64,000 bases of DNA from Candidatus Nanoarchaeia archaeon. Lineage in GTDB: Archaea > Nanobdellota > Nanobdellia > Woesearchaeales > GW2011-AR4. The stretch is taken from NCBI GenBank assembly GCA_035293285.1, contig DATDOM010000082.1:422-64421 (forward strand), in the 5' to 3' direction. A program made the position numbers and the translations under genes. Each line of letters starts with the position of its first letter. Position 1 is the first letter of the stretch. Of this stretch, positions 55,327 to 64,000 are shown piece after piece. The notes below the pieces were generated by a model. The model was not told the DNA's origin, did not search any database, and saw only the letters and a list, made by a program, of their open reading frames with translations.

Positions 55327-56628
55327 ATGACAAAAAAGAATACATTTAATCCCACAAGGCTAAACAACATATTGGACGTTTTTTATGGCAAAGCTTTCAT
55401 CGCAAAAGTATTTAACGATGTTTTTAATGAATATTCCCAATCCAGAATCCGAAGGACAAATTCAAGTGATTTGGAGGGAATTTTAGAGGAAATATCAGAG
55501 CGTCCCGATGTTTTGCAGCTGCAAAGCCAGCTTCACAATGAAATTTCACATGGAAAGATTCTGCTTGCAACACACGTAGGAAGAGTCTTTAAATATTTGC
55601 CATTGCCAAGATCTGGGACGCATGAAGTGTATGGAAAACAATATAATGAAGTAGAAGCATACTGCGATAACTGTGAACAAAGGGTTGCGATAGGATTATT
55701 TGACCCGAGGATTGAAGTTAACAGGAGTTCTTTTATCCCTGAGCAGGTATTATATGCAGATAATTTACGGGAAATTTTTGACGGAGGAAAAATCTCCTGT
55801 GGTGAATGCGATAATCCAAACCTTAGCTACAATACCAGAGGATTTGTTCATGTTTACAGGGAAAAATTTAAAGACAGAGACCGCGAGCTGGAGCGCCGTG
55901 TAAAGGCGATAATAAAAAATGTTGCAGCCAGGAGGCTATCCGGCAGCAGAAACAAAAGAGAAAGTTACGTAAAAATCAATGAAACTATAGTCAATTCACT
56001 TTACGAAATTTTTACTTCTGCTAAAAATAAGGATGGTTCAATTAATTATGGAGCTATGTATTACCTATTTGAGTGGGTAAAGAGGGAAAACTTGGATTTA
56101 GCCCAGCTTGGCATGGACGTTGGACTGGCAGAAGGCCTCAGGCGGGAAATTTTTCAAAATGAATTGATACAGCTGCCTTATGCCGTTGTTACTGGAAGAG
56201 TAAAAAGCAGGGAAAGGATGTTTGAAAAAGTTCTGGAAGTCCTATACAATATCAGGGCTGGCAAAAAAGGTGATGGCAAAAAATTCACTGACCTGTATGG
56301 GCTTACCTGGGTCCTGCCGGATACAGCTTCCTGTTATATACTCCTGGATAAAATAGTCAAAGAATATGGAGTTAAATCCAACAGAGTGGAAGATAATTTA
56401 ACTAAGCCAAGGCCTAATGGCTACAGGTCAGTTCATGTAAATCCTGAAGATTCTGGCATAGTTTTTGAATTTAGAATCAGGACGCACGAGATGGACAGGC
56501 AAATAAGAACAGACCCTGACCTTTTGCATGGCGAGACTTATCTTGTGAAAAAAAGAGCTCTAATTGATAAGGCAGCCCCATATAAAATACAAAAAGTTGT
56601 TGCAACCGTGCTCGGAGTTCAAAGGTAA
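55327..56628 (+). CDS. Zn-ribbon plus RelA/SpoT-like nucleotidyltransferase (small-alarmone-synthetase / toxSAS-like) protein
   Basis: CDNCEQ...CGECDN ribbon in the N-terminal half. C-terminal GRVKSRERMFEKV, FTDLYGLTWVL, KPRPNGYRSVHV and VFEFRIRTHEMD match the RelA_SpoT synthetase motifs (GRxKS / DxxGxR / NGYRSxH / ExQIRT). Confidence 0.7.
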   Translation: MTKKNTFNPTRLNNILDVFYGKAFIAKVFNDVFNEYSQSRIRRTNSSDLEGILEEISERPDVLQLQSQLHNEISHGKILLATHVGRVFKYLPLPRSGTHEVYGKQYNEVEAYCDNCEQRVAIGLFDPRIEVNRSSFIPEQVLYADNLREIFDGGKISCGECDNPNLSYNTRGFVHVYREKFKDRDRELERRVKAIIKNVAARRLSGSRNKRESYVKINETIVNSLYEIFTSAKNKDGSINYGAMYYLFEWVKRENLDLAQLGMDVGLAEGLRREIFQNELIQLPYAVVTGRVKSRERMFEKVLEVLYNIRAGKKGDGKKFTDLYGLTWVLPDTASCYILLDKIVKEYGVKSNRVEDNLTKPRPNGYRSVHVNPEDSGIVFEFRIRTHEMDRQIRTDPDLLHGETYLVKKRALIDKAAPYKIQKVVATVLGVQR

Positions 56629-56635
56629 TTGATAA

Positions 56636-57139
56636 TTATTTCTCCCTCAATTCAAATATCGAGCTAAGCTTGTGCTCAATTACATTTCCGCTTTTTGCGT
56701 CAATCTTCATGTTCAGCGTGTTAAAAGCCTGCGTCACGTAAGTGATGTTCCACACATTGCCGAGATTCGGGAGATTCTGAAGGATTGCTATTGTCTTGAT
56801 GCTCTTGTCCTTTGGAAAATTTTTGTTCTGAAAATTTGCTGCTGCGTCAAGTACAGTTTCAAAATCAAGCGAGACTTTTTCAAAATCAATTCCCGAGATT
56901 CTTGACTCGTCTTTTTTGAACACTTCCTCTTCAGGTCTTTTTTCTATGGAATTTTGGCTTACGACAAAGGTAGTTATATTGTCTTTTTTCGGATTGTAAA
57001 AGCCAAGCTGCCATTCTTCAGGCTTCATCTCCTGGGGTATTTTAAAAGCGTGCGAAAAGTAAGAGTTCTTGTTCTTTGATTTCCATTTTTTGAATTCACT
57101 AGTTTGCTCAAGATTGTCAAGTATTTTCTTTATGCTCAT
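56636..57139 (-). CDS. Hypothetical protein
   Basis: 167-aa ORF with no recognisable motif. Confidence 0.4.
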   Translation of the reverse strand: MSIKKILDNLEQTSEFKKWKSKNKNSYFSHAFKIPQEMKPEEWQLGFYNPKKDNITTFVVSQNSIEKRPEEEVFKKDESRISGIDFEKVSLDFETVLDAAANFQNKNFPKDKSIKTIAILQNLPNLGNVWNITYVTQAFNTLNMKIDAKSGNVIEHKLSSIFELREK

Positions 57140-57263
57140 GATGGCAAAAAAAACCTTAAAATTTATATAGCTTTGGGTGTTGCATAAGTTTAAGGATTGA
57201 GGCCGTAGAGCAATTTTAATTGAAGCTGTGAATGGATTGATTCAGTGGTTAAATAATGAAATC

Positions 57264-57390
57264 GGGCTTCGCCACCAGTTACTCGCGCCAGTATTGGCGC
57301 GACATATATTACAAATTACAACGAACGCAAAAAGTCAATGAATGTTCCGAGGCGAAATTTTAATGGCAGAGAAAACTTCGCCGAGCGAAT
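57264..57390 (+). repeat. GC-rich multi-hairpin intergenic element, copy G (divergent)
   Basis: Hairpin TCGCGCCA-GTAT-TGGCGCGA plus CATATAT at 57283-57309. Module 3 CGAGGCGAAATTTT..AAAACTTCGCCGAGCGAA at 57348-57389. Confidence 0.55.
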
Positions 57391-57466
57391 CTATTGAAAA
57401 TCCTCTAAGGATTTTCCGGTTTAAATTGTAAAAACGGTAAAAAATAAACAAAATCCAACAACTAAA

Positions 57467-58417
57467 ATGATAGAGCCAAATGTAAAATTAATACTGAAAA
57501 ACCAGCAGTATGAAGAAGTTGGAAAACATAGCAGGGTTAAAACCTGCCACTGGACAAAAAGCGAGCTCCGAGGCGAAGGGGGGTGCTACAAGCAGAAATT
57601 CTACGGAATATCAAGCCACCAGTGCATCCAGATGACGCCGACTTATGTGTGCAACAATGCATGTGTTTTTTGCTGGCGTGACTTAAGATACCATACACAG
57701 AATGCAATGGATGAAGGCATGGATGAGCCAGCAGATATTGTGAGCGGGACTATTGAATCACAAAAAAAGCTTTTGGCCGGATTTGGAGGAAATGCAAATA
57801 CTCCTAGGGAAAAATTCAATGAGGCTATGAAGCCAAAGCACGTTGCGATATCGCTTGACGGCGAGCCGACTTTGTATCCAAAGCTTGCAGAGTTAATCAA
57901 GGAATACAGGAAAAATGGGTTTTCGACATTTGTTGTAAGCAATGGGTTACTGCCTGAAAAAATTGAAAAATTAATTGAAGAGCCTCCAACACAGCTTTAC
58001 ATCAGCGTTGATGCGCCGAATGAAGAATTATTCAACATTATTGACAGGCCGATAATAAAAAATGCGTGGCAGGGGCTGATGAAAACGCTCAGCATTTTGC
58101 CAGAGATTAAGAAAAAATCGAGAACTGTTTTGAGGTTTACTTTAATTAAAGAAATGAATATGACAAATCCCGAGCAGTGGGCAGAAATAATAAAACTAAG
58201 CAATCCTACATTTGTTGAAGTAAAATCGTATATGTGGATTGGCATGTCAAGAGAAAGGCTGGGGCAGAAAAACATGCCGTTTCACAGCGAAGTGAAATCA
58301 TTTTCAGAAGAGATTACAAAGCACTGCGGCTACAGGATAATTGACGAGCACGAGCCTTCAAGAGTAGTTCTATTGATGAAAGAGGACTTTGAAGGAAGAG
58401 TAATGAAGTTTGACTAA
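57467..58417 (+). CDS. taw1: Radical-SAM tRNA 4-demethylwyosine synthase (Taw1/TYW1)
   Basis: CHWTKSELRGEGGCYKQKFYGISSHQCIQMTP, the radical-SAM cluster CNNACVFCWR, and ISLDGEPTLYP. Confidence 0.8.
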   Translation: MIEPNVKLILKNQQYEEVGKHSRVKTCHWTKSELRGEGGCYKQKFYGISSHQCIQMTPTYVCNNACVFCWRDLRYHTQNAMDEGMDEPADIVSGTIESQKKLLAGFGGNANTPREKFNEAMKPKHVAISLDGEPTLYPKLAELIKEYRKNGFSTFVVSNGLLPEKIEKLIEEPPTQLYISVDAPNEELFNIIDRPIIKNAWQGLMKTLSILPEIKKKSRTVLRFTLIKEMNMTNPEQWAEIIKLSNPTFVEVKSYMWIGMSRERLGQKNMPFHSEVKSFSEEITKHCGYRIIDEHEPSRVVLLMKEDFEGRVMKFD

Positions 58418-58507
58418 GCTGCAATTAAGTTTATATATGCCTATCAATTACCAGATAACAAAGGGGTGAATACAGTAGCCTCACTATTTCTGTGAGGGGA
58501 GTTTAAA

Positions 58508-59899
58508 ATGATTCCGCCATCTGAATACAGTGCAAGAAGAGAAAGGCTGATGAGGATGTTTTCTGCAGACGACTGTATAATTTTCTTGCAGGGTGATGCT
58601 GGGGGAAACAGAAACCCAGACGTGCCTTTGGAGCCAAGACAGAATTCTTTTGTCAGGTATTTAGCCCCGTTAAATGGTGTTGGATACTCTATAATGCTTG
58701 TGCCAAAAGAGAATAAATTCATACTGTTTGCACCGGAAAACACCAGAGACGATATAGTATGGAAAGGCAGAAGGCCGGATTTTGAAGAGCTCAAACATTT
58801 GTATGGGGCAGATGAAGTACATTCTCCAAAAAAAATTAGTGAAATTGCCATAGCTTACAATCCAAGAAACGTTTATTCCCTTAAGGGTTCAAATGGAGAC
58901 TTCAGATATTTCAGGGATGAAGACCTTGCAAAAGCGCTTGTTGGCATGAGACTAATCAAAAGTGAGGACGAGGTCAGGGAGATAGAAAAGGCATTGGAAA
59001 TTACATCCAAAACATATGATGCAATGTTCAGGCTGACAAGGCCGGGCAGAAATATGAAAGACTTGTTGGGAGCTTTAAGAATGATATACTATATGAACGA
59101 TGCCACCCATTCATTTATGCCAATAATAACAAACAGGGCTGATGTGCTTCATCTTGAGGAAATCAAAGGAGTGTTAAAAAGTGGAGATTTGGCTTTGTAT
59201 GATACTGGAGCTGAGTTAATTGAAAGCGGCTATGGCTCTGACATAACAAGGACTGCTGCTGCCAATGGAAAGTTTACTCCGGAGCAGCTGGATATTTACA
59301 ATATTGTTCTTCAGGCGCAGATTGAAGCTATTGCAATGCTAAAACCAGGAGTTAACTACCGGGACGTTCATTTTCATGCAGAAAAGATTGTTGCGCAGGG
59401 ATTAAAAGACATGGGGATTCTCAAAGGCAGCTTAAATGATATTTTAGCGAACGGTGCGCATAGGTTATTTTTCAGGCACGGCCTTGGGCATCATGTCGGG
59501 CTGGATGACCATGATTGCGGCGGGCCTTATGCCGACATAGCAGCTGGTTATGACGAAAGCAATCCAAGAAGTGAAAGATTTGGTATCGATAAATTAAGAT
59601 TTGCAGGAACTGTTAAACCAGGCATGGTCTTAACTGCGGAACCTGGAACATACCGCCTTACAGAATTCAAGGATGATAATGAGTTGCTTGACGATCATAA
59701 AATATATGTTGATTTTGGCAAAGCAGAAAAAATTATGGCTCTTGTCCCTGGTGTGAGGATTGAAGATTGTGTATATATTACAGAATTTGGCCCTGTTGTG
59801 CTCGGCCCAAATATTCCAAAGACAGTTATTGGCTTGGAAGGGATTGTTGGTGCCGGAGATTCTTATCTTGAAAAAGCAATTGAAAGATATAAAATATAA
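58508..59899 (+). CDS. M24B Xaa-Pro aminopeptidase/dipeptidase
   Basis: AMP_N-like N-terminus. Metal-ligand motifs YDTGAE..YGSDITRT, HGLGHHVGLDDHD, EPGTY, VRIEDCVYIT. Confidence 0.8.
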   Translation: MIPPSEYSARRERLMRMFSADDCIIFLQGDAGGNRNPDVPLEPRQNSFVRYLAPLNGVGYSIMLVPKENKFILFAPENTRDDIVWKGRRPDFEELKHLYGADEVHSPKKISEIAIAYNPRNVYSLKGSNGDFRYFRDEDLAKALVGMRLIKSEDEVREIEKALEITSKTYDAMFRLTRPGRNMKDLLGALRMIYYMNDATHSFMPIITNRADVLHLEEIKGVLKSGDLALYDTGAELIESGYGSDITRTAAANGKFTPEQLDIYNIVLQAQIEAIAMLKPGVNYRDVHFHAEKIVAQGLKDMGILKGSLNDILANGAHRLFFRHGLGHHVGLDDHDCGGPYADIAAGYDESNPRSERFGIDKLRFAGTVKPGMVLTAEPGTYRLTEFKDDNELLDDHKIYVDFGKAEKIMALVPGVRIEDCVYITEFGPVVLGPNIPKTVIGLEGIVGAGDSYLEKAIERYKI

Positions 59900-59914
59900 A
59901 ATTTATGTTATTAT

Positions 59915-60520
59915 TTATAGTTTTATTATTTTTCCAAAAGGCCCTGGATTAATCACTTTTGTTTTTCCGATTTTGTCTTCTTTTCCAAAGTTCTCGTGTA
60001 TGTGGCCGCAAACCATCAAGTCTATTTTATTTTTCTCAACAAATTTCCTGTAGGACTTATTGCCGCAGTATGATTTTCCAATCCTGTCCAGCCTTGTCCT
60101 GTAAGGCGGGGCGTGAGTCAACAGTATTATTTTCAGCCCTTTGTTTCCCTTGATTAGCTTGGAAAATTGCTTTTTTCCAAGCGATTCAAATTCCCTGTCG
60201 GTATGTAAAAAACCTCCGCCGCCATGCCCCAAAACCAAAACACCCTCAACTATGCAGTGTTTTTTATGGATGTAAATCAGATTTTTTGATTTTTTGCAGA
60301 GTTTTGAAAATGTTGATTCGTCCTCGTGGTTTCCGTGTATCAGTATTATTTTTCTGCTTAGCCTGTCAAGCTCTGCAAAAATCTTTATTATTTTTGATTC
60401 AAAAATCGAGACGTCGCCTGCGCATAAAAGAAAATCAGGATTTTCCCTTTTTATCTTTATTTTCAGCTTCTTGATTGCCAGAAATGAACCGTGAATGTCT
60501 GTGAATGCAAGGATTTTCAT
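59915..60520 (-). CDS. Calcineurin-like metallophosphoesterase
   Basis: FTDIHGS, CAGDVS, GNHED, GHGG, GHIHE motif series. Confidence 0.8.
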   Translation of the reverse strand: MKILAFTDIHGSFLAIKKLKIKIKRENPDFLLCAGDVSIFESKIIKIFAELDRLSRKIILIHGNHEDESTFSKLCKKSKNLIYIHKKHCIVEGVLVLGHGGGGFLHTDREFESLGKKQFSKLIKGNKGLKIILLTHAPPYRTRLDRIGKSYCGNKSYRKFVEKNKIDLMVCGHIHENFGKEDKIGKTKVINPGPFGKIIKL

Positions 60521-60610
60521 AAGTCTTGGAAGCTAAAGCTATTATTTAAAGTTAATCGTTACTACTGCAAGATTAGAAAGATTTATAAAAATTCATATAA
60601 TTATAGATTT

Positions 60611-61057
60611 ATGAAATCCCATAATTATAGAGGCACAATTGAAGCTAGGATTAGCGAAAATAAGATTGTAGTCCCTTATACTCCTAAAAGACTAAAGATA
60701 GTTTCGGGAGAATTTTTTATGAGGAAAAATGAAGCAGGCGATTTGAAAAGTCTCTATGTTTTGCCGGTAAAATATGTTGACAACATAATTGTTGCTGATT
60801 CTGAACAGGGTATTGCTTCGACTGTAGAGTTTCTGGCGCACATCTCCAGGGTCAGAATAAAAACTTCCAATGGCCGATATTCTTTTAAAATTCCGCAGCC
60901 TTTTTTAGACTATTTAGATTTAAAGGGTGATAATCCACTTTTGGTTGGGAGAAATAATTATTTTTTGATTTGTAAATCATCTGAGCTTAAAGAAAGGGTT
61001 TTAGAAGAGCATCTTTTTAATAGAATTCAATTAGAGTATTTCCAAATAAACATTTAA
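60611..61057 (+). CDS. Hypothetical protein, possible AbrB/SpoVT-like C-terminal domain
   Basis: Start taken at MKSHNYRG, with a TTTATAAAA box about 30 nt upstream. SNGRYSFKIPQPFLDYLDLKGDNPLLV resembles a swapped-hairpin DNA-binding motif. Weak evidence. Confidence 0.35.
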   Translation: MKSHNYRGTIEARISENKIVVPYTPKRLKIVSGEFFMRKNEAGDLKSLYVLPVKYVDNIIVADSEQGIASTVEFLAHISRVRIKTSNGRYSFKIPQPFLDYLDLKGDNPLLVGRNNYFLICKSSELKERVLEEHLFNRIQLEYFQINI

Positions 61058-62287
61058 CTACAAACTATAATAATCCTCTAGCACAATCTGGTCCATATTT
61101 TCAAGATTTTTTACGACATAAAGGCGCCCTTGCCCGAGCGAAACTATTTTTTCTGCAAAATTTCGGCCCTTTTCATCAAGATTTATGCCTATCAGGGATA
61201 TTGTTATTCCCTTGCTCACTGCCTCAGCTGCCTCGTTTAGCGCTTTTTCTTCAGGGTTTTGCCCGATTGTTGGAAGCGCATCAGTAATAAGGATTAAGTG
61301 CTTGGTCACGTTATCATCAGGAAAAAGCTCAATTGATTTTTTTAGTGTTACCGCAAGGTCGGTTTCTTTTGCTGCCTTTATTTTTACAATCTCTTTTAGA
61401 ATCCTTGGAAAATCAAGCGTCGGCTCTATTATTTCCTTGACGTCAGAGCCAAATACTATAAGCCCGACTTTATCGCGCTCTGAAATTGCCTTGTATGCCA
61501 ATGCAACTCCTGCTTTTTTGCAGGCCTCGATTTTTTTGCCCTTCATTGAGCCTGAGGCGTCAAGCGCATAAATAACATAAGTCTGGCCTTTTGTCTGCCT
61601 TTGAAAAATCTGCAAATCTTTCTTGTCAAAATCGGTATGGTTTCTCCTTATTGCAAGCTTGATTGATTTTTTTAGCGCAATGTCCCTGTACCTGTCGCCT
61701 TTTTTGAACTGCCTTGAATTTTCCTTCTCGCCGTAAATATGTATTTTTTTGCTGATTTTTTGGCCGACTAAGCCTTTTGGCACAATCTTATCAAGCTCTT
61801 CAAAATATAAAACAAGCGCTGCAAGCTCAAAGCCTTTTTCAGAAATGGAATTGTCTTTTTGCAAAAATCCAAGGTCTTTTAGGTCCTCGATTTTCTTGTT
61901 TATCCTTGCGCGCAATTCTTTTTGAAATTCAGGAATTCCAATATTTTTTTTGACATAATCAGGCTCATATCCAGAAACTAATCTTATTATCGACTCGCCA
62001 AAAATCTGCTTTGCGATTGAATAATTATTGACAAGCTGCTCAAACATCAAATCAGGAGAAAAAGCGCTGGCGTTATTATTTATGGCATCGTTAAGAAGTT
62101 TTCCGTCGTCAATTGTCTTTTTGTCGTTTTCCATGACAGAGTGCATGAACTTGTCTTCAAGCTGCTGAAATGCCATCTTGCCTGAAAGCTCTTCGGACTT
62201 ACTGAAATCCTTTAGCTCGACAGCCTCGCTACCGTGAATCACCACCTTTTTCTTCCTCAAGCTGGTTTTGCCAGTTTGAGCCTTCAA
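61058..62287 (-). CDS. von Willebrand factor A domain protein (ChlD/MoxR-partner type)
   Basis: MIDAS region YVIYALDASGSMKG, VGLIVFGSDV, ILITDALPT. The start is uncertain: 62287 overlaps the upstream gene by 59 nt, and an alternative Met lies at 62176. Confidence 0.7.
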   Translation of the reverse strand: MKAQTGKTSLRKKKVVIHGSEAVELKDFSKSEELSGKMAFQQLEDKFMHSVMENDKKTIDDGKLLNDAINNNASAFSPDLMFEQLVNNYSIAKQIFGESIIRLVSGYEPDYVKKNIGIPEFQKELRARINKKIEDLKDLGFLQKDNSISEKGFELAALVLYFEELDKIVPKGLVGQKISKKIHIYGEKENSRQFKKGDRYRDIALKKSIKLAIRRNHTDFDKKDLQIFQRQTKGQTYVIYALDASGSMKGKKIEACKKAGVALAYKAISERDKVGLIVFGSDVKEIIEPTLDFPRILKEIVKIKAAKETDLAVTLKKSIELFPDDNVTKHLILITDALPTIGQNPEEKALNEAAEAVSKGITISLIGINLDEKGRNFAEKIVSLGQGRLYVVKNLENMDQIVLEDYYSL

Positions 62288-63269
62288 TATTTTTCTTGAA
62301 CTGCTCCATTATGTAATTTTCTGCTGATTCAAGGTATCTTGCGCTTGGCTTTAGCCTTATCCTGTGAGAAAGAACTGAGAGAAGGACATCTTTTACATCA
62401 TCAAAATCAGCTGACTTCTTCCCTTTAATCAGTGCGTTTGACTGTGCCCTTTCGTAAAGGCCGATTGTTGCCCTGACACTTGGCTTTTTCTCTATTTTTT
62501 CATCGTTTCTCAAAAGCCTTATAAAATGGACAATCAAAGTAAGGATTTCATCGTCCATTTTTATTACAGTTTTTCCCTTTGATTGCACAATTGACTTTTC
62601 AATCATCAGAGTTTCGGGATACTGCATGTAAACCATGTCAAAGCGGTCAAGCAGAACATCGCTTAGTTTTTCAGTTGACGAGTCTTCGGGGTTCATTGTT
62701 GCAATAAAGACAAAATCAACGTCAAAATCGACGTCATAAGAGCCTATTGTGGATTTTCTTTCCTCAAGAACCTGGAGCAGCGCGTTTTGAAGCTTTTCAG
62801 GGCATCTGTTTAATTCATCAAAAAATAAAACGCCATTATTTGCCTTGAATATTTTTCCCGGAGTAAATGCTTCGGTACTAAGCGGGCCGAATTTGAGGGC
62901 CTTTACAGGGTCAATGTCTCCAAGAAGGTCTTCAACAGTAAGGTCAGGCGAGCCCTGGATTCTTACAAACCTTTTTTCTCCAGGTATCTTCACAGTCTTG
63001 TGCTTTGAGAGCTGCTTGCACGAAGGGCAGACCGGATTTTCCTTTATGCAGTGAAAGCTGCAGCCTTCAATGACATCAAGCTCCGGCAATAATTTTGAGA
63101 TGTTTTTTGCCAAAGTTGTCTTTCCAATTCCCGGAGGGCCGACTATTGTGATGTTCCTCCCCATTATGAGGGCAGACTTCACATCAAGCTTTGCGATGTT
63201 TTGGCCCACAATGTCGGAAAACGGGTCTTTTGCAGCCAAAAGTGCATTTTTTAAGGTGTCTTTTATCAT
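62229..63269 (-). CDS. AAA+ ATPase, ChlI/MoxR-like (COG1239-type)
   Basis: FSDIVGQ, Walker A GPPGIGKTT, Walker B VLFFDELNR, sensor regions, and an inserted Cys cluster CSFHC..CPSC. Confidence 0.8.
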   Translation of the reverse strand: MIKDTLKNALLAAKDPFSDIVGQNIAKLDVKSALIMGRNITIVGPPGIGKTTLAKNISKLLPELDVIEGCSFHCIKENPVCPSCKQLSKHKTVKIPGEKRFVRIQGSPDLTVEDLLGDIDPVKALKFGPLSTEAFTPGKIFKANNGVLFFDELNRCPEKLQNALLQVLEERKSTIGSYDVDFDVDFVFIATMNPEDSSTEKLSDVLLDRFDMVYMQYPETLMIEKSIVQSKGKTVIKMDDEILTLIVHFIRLLRNDEKIEKKPSVRATIGLYERAQSNALIKGKKSADFDDVKDVLLSVLSHRIRLKPSARYLESAENYIMEQFKKNIEGSNWQNQLEEEKGGDSR

Positions 63270-63334
63270 TTTTGCAAAAATATTGAATCAGGGTGATAAA
63301 TGCCCTTACTTTATAAAATTTTGTTTAATTGATG

Positions 63335-63949
63335 CTAAAAAAAGAACAGAACCAGCCTTAGTGCCCAAATTGCCGCGCCTGCAGCTATTGGAATTGTGAG
63401 ATTGTCATCAATTCTTGCAAACCCTATTTTGATGTCAACTCCCTCAACTACCATTGCAATAAAAGAGCCAATAATAGCTTCGTACCATCTTGCAAAGACA
63501 AGCGCTCCGATAAACCCAAATATGAACCCTGCAATTGAGCCTTCAAGGAATTTCTTGTCTGAGAAAGGGTGCCTTATTTTTCCAAAATATTTCCCGTAAA
63601 TGTGCGAAATGGAGTCGCCAAGCGCAAGAACCATTATTGAGGCAAGAGCAATGTCCTTTTCAAAAAGGGCAAGCGATGCGTATACCCCTCCAAAATAAAA
63701 TATAGTCCCCTTGCCTGGAAAATTGTTTATATCTTCCTGCCTTTCAAACTTCGAAAGAAGCCAGTGTATCACCGGTATGTCTGTTTTTTGGCAAAGCAGG
63801 GAGAGTGTGATGCCAAAAATAAGGATTATTAGTATTGTGCCCTTGTCCAAAACTCCAAACATCAGCAATGCGACTATTGCCAGCCCTAAGAAAATGTGAA
63901 AAAGCTGCCTGTTCCATTCAAGGTTTTCATTATTTGGGATAATTTTCAT
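63335..63949 (-). CDS. CTP-dependent polyprenol (dolichol) kinase / CdsA-family membrane protein
   Basis: 6-7 TM helices. LALGDSISHIYGKYFG and KFLEGSIAGFIFGFIGAL resemble the cytidylyltransferase-family C-terminal motifs. Confidence 0.5.
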   Translation of the reverse strand: MKIIPNNENLEWNRQLFHIFLGLAIVALLMFGVLDKGTILIILIFGITLSLLCQKTDIPVIHWLLSKFERQEDINNFPGKGTIFYFGGVYASLALFEKDIALASIMVLALGDSISHIYGKYFGKIRHPFSDKKFLEGSIAGFIFGFIGALVFARWYEAIIGSFIAMVVEGVDIKIGFARIDDNLTIPIAAGAAIWALRLVLFFF

Positions 63950-64000
63950 ATAGCCACACAGAAAAAATTCCTATTAAGAGCCCCAAAAGCGCGCCGAACA

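Noticed and set aside
61058-63269. ChlI/ChlD-like AAA+ plus vWA pair as evidence of (bacterio)chlorophyll or cobalamin chelatase.
   Set aside because: No large chelatase subunit (ChlH/CobN) is present, and such MoxR/ChlI-vWA pairs are widespread generic chaperone-like modules in archaea. It is annotated generically only.

Overview
AT-rich (mid-30s % GC by eye) archaeal chromosome fragment, densely coding, standard genetic code. Archaeal hallmark genes are present: aIF5B, aEF-1beta with its Zn-ribbon neighbour, Pelota, Trm1, Taw1/TYW1, RtcA and a NurA-like nuclease. Together with DUF361/EppA-type pilins and many small membrane proteins, this suggests a small-genome DPANN-like archaeon. That lineage assignment is an inference and I cannot verify it here.

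Main blocks:
- 0.1-4.4 kb: a surface adhesin-like protein with thrombospondin type-3 repeats, plus a DUF2339 membrane protein.
- 4.5-13.9 kb: an acyl-CoA / fatty-acid-like island. It holds a family III CoA-transferase, two thiolase paralogs flanking a DUF35-DUF362 fusion, a FabZ-like dehydratase, an orphan biotin carboxylase, BirA and a thioesterase.
- 14-35 kb: housekeeping genes, two tandem pilins, a tRNA-Gly(CCC) that appears to carry two introns, and acetyl-CoA synthetase.
- 35.7-53.5 kb: the most unusual region. Two convergent operons contain 19 consecutive genes. All encode proteins with prepilin-like (class III) signal peptides, lipoboxes or N-terminal anchors. Three of them carry domains typical of bacterial or phage murein hydrolases (phage-tail-lysozyme-like, M15/VanY-like peptidase, SGNH esterase). 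No assembly ATPase, platform protein or prepilin peptidase is visible in the window.
- 53.6-56.6 kb: a Zn-ribbon + RelA/SpoT-like nucleotidyltransferase next to a large unknown protein.
- 57-64 kb: housekeeping genes plus a ChlI/MoxR-like AAA+ ATPase with a vWA partner.

Intergenic regions carry a recurrent family of GC-rich multi-hairpin elements at 7 or more loci. Their stems covary between copies. There is also one clean MITE with 14-bp terminal inverted repeats and an 11-bp target-site duplication. No rRNA genes or CRISPR arrays were seen.
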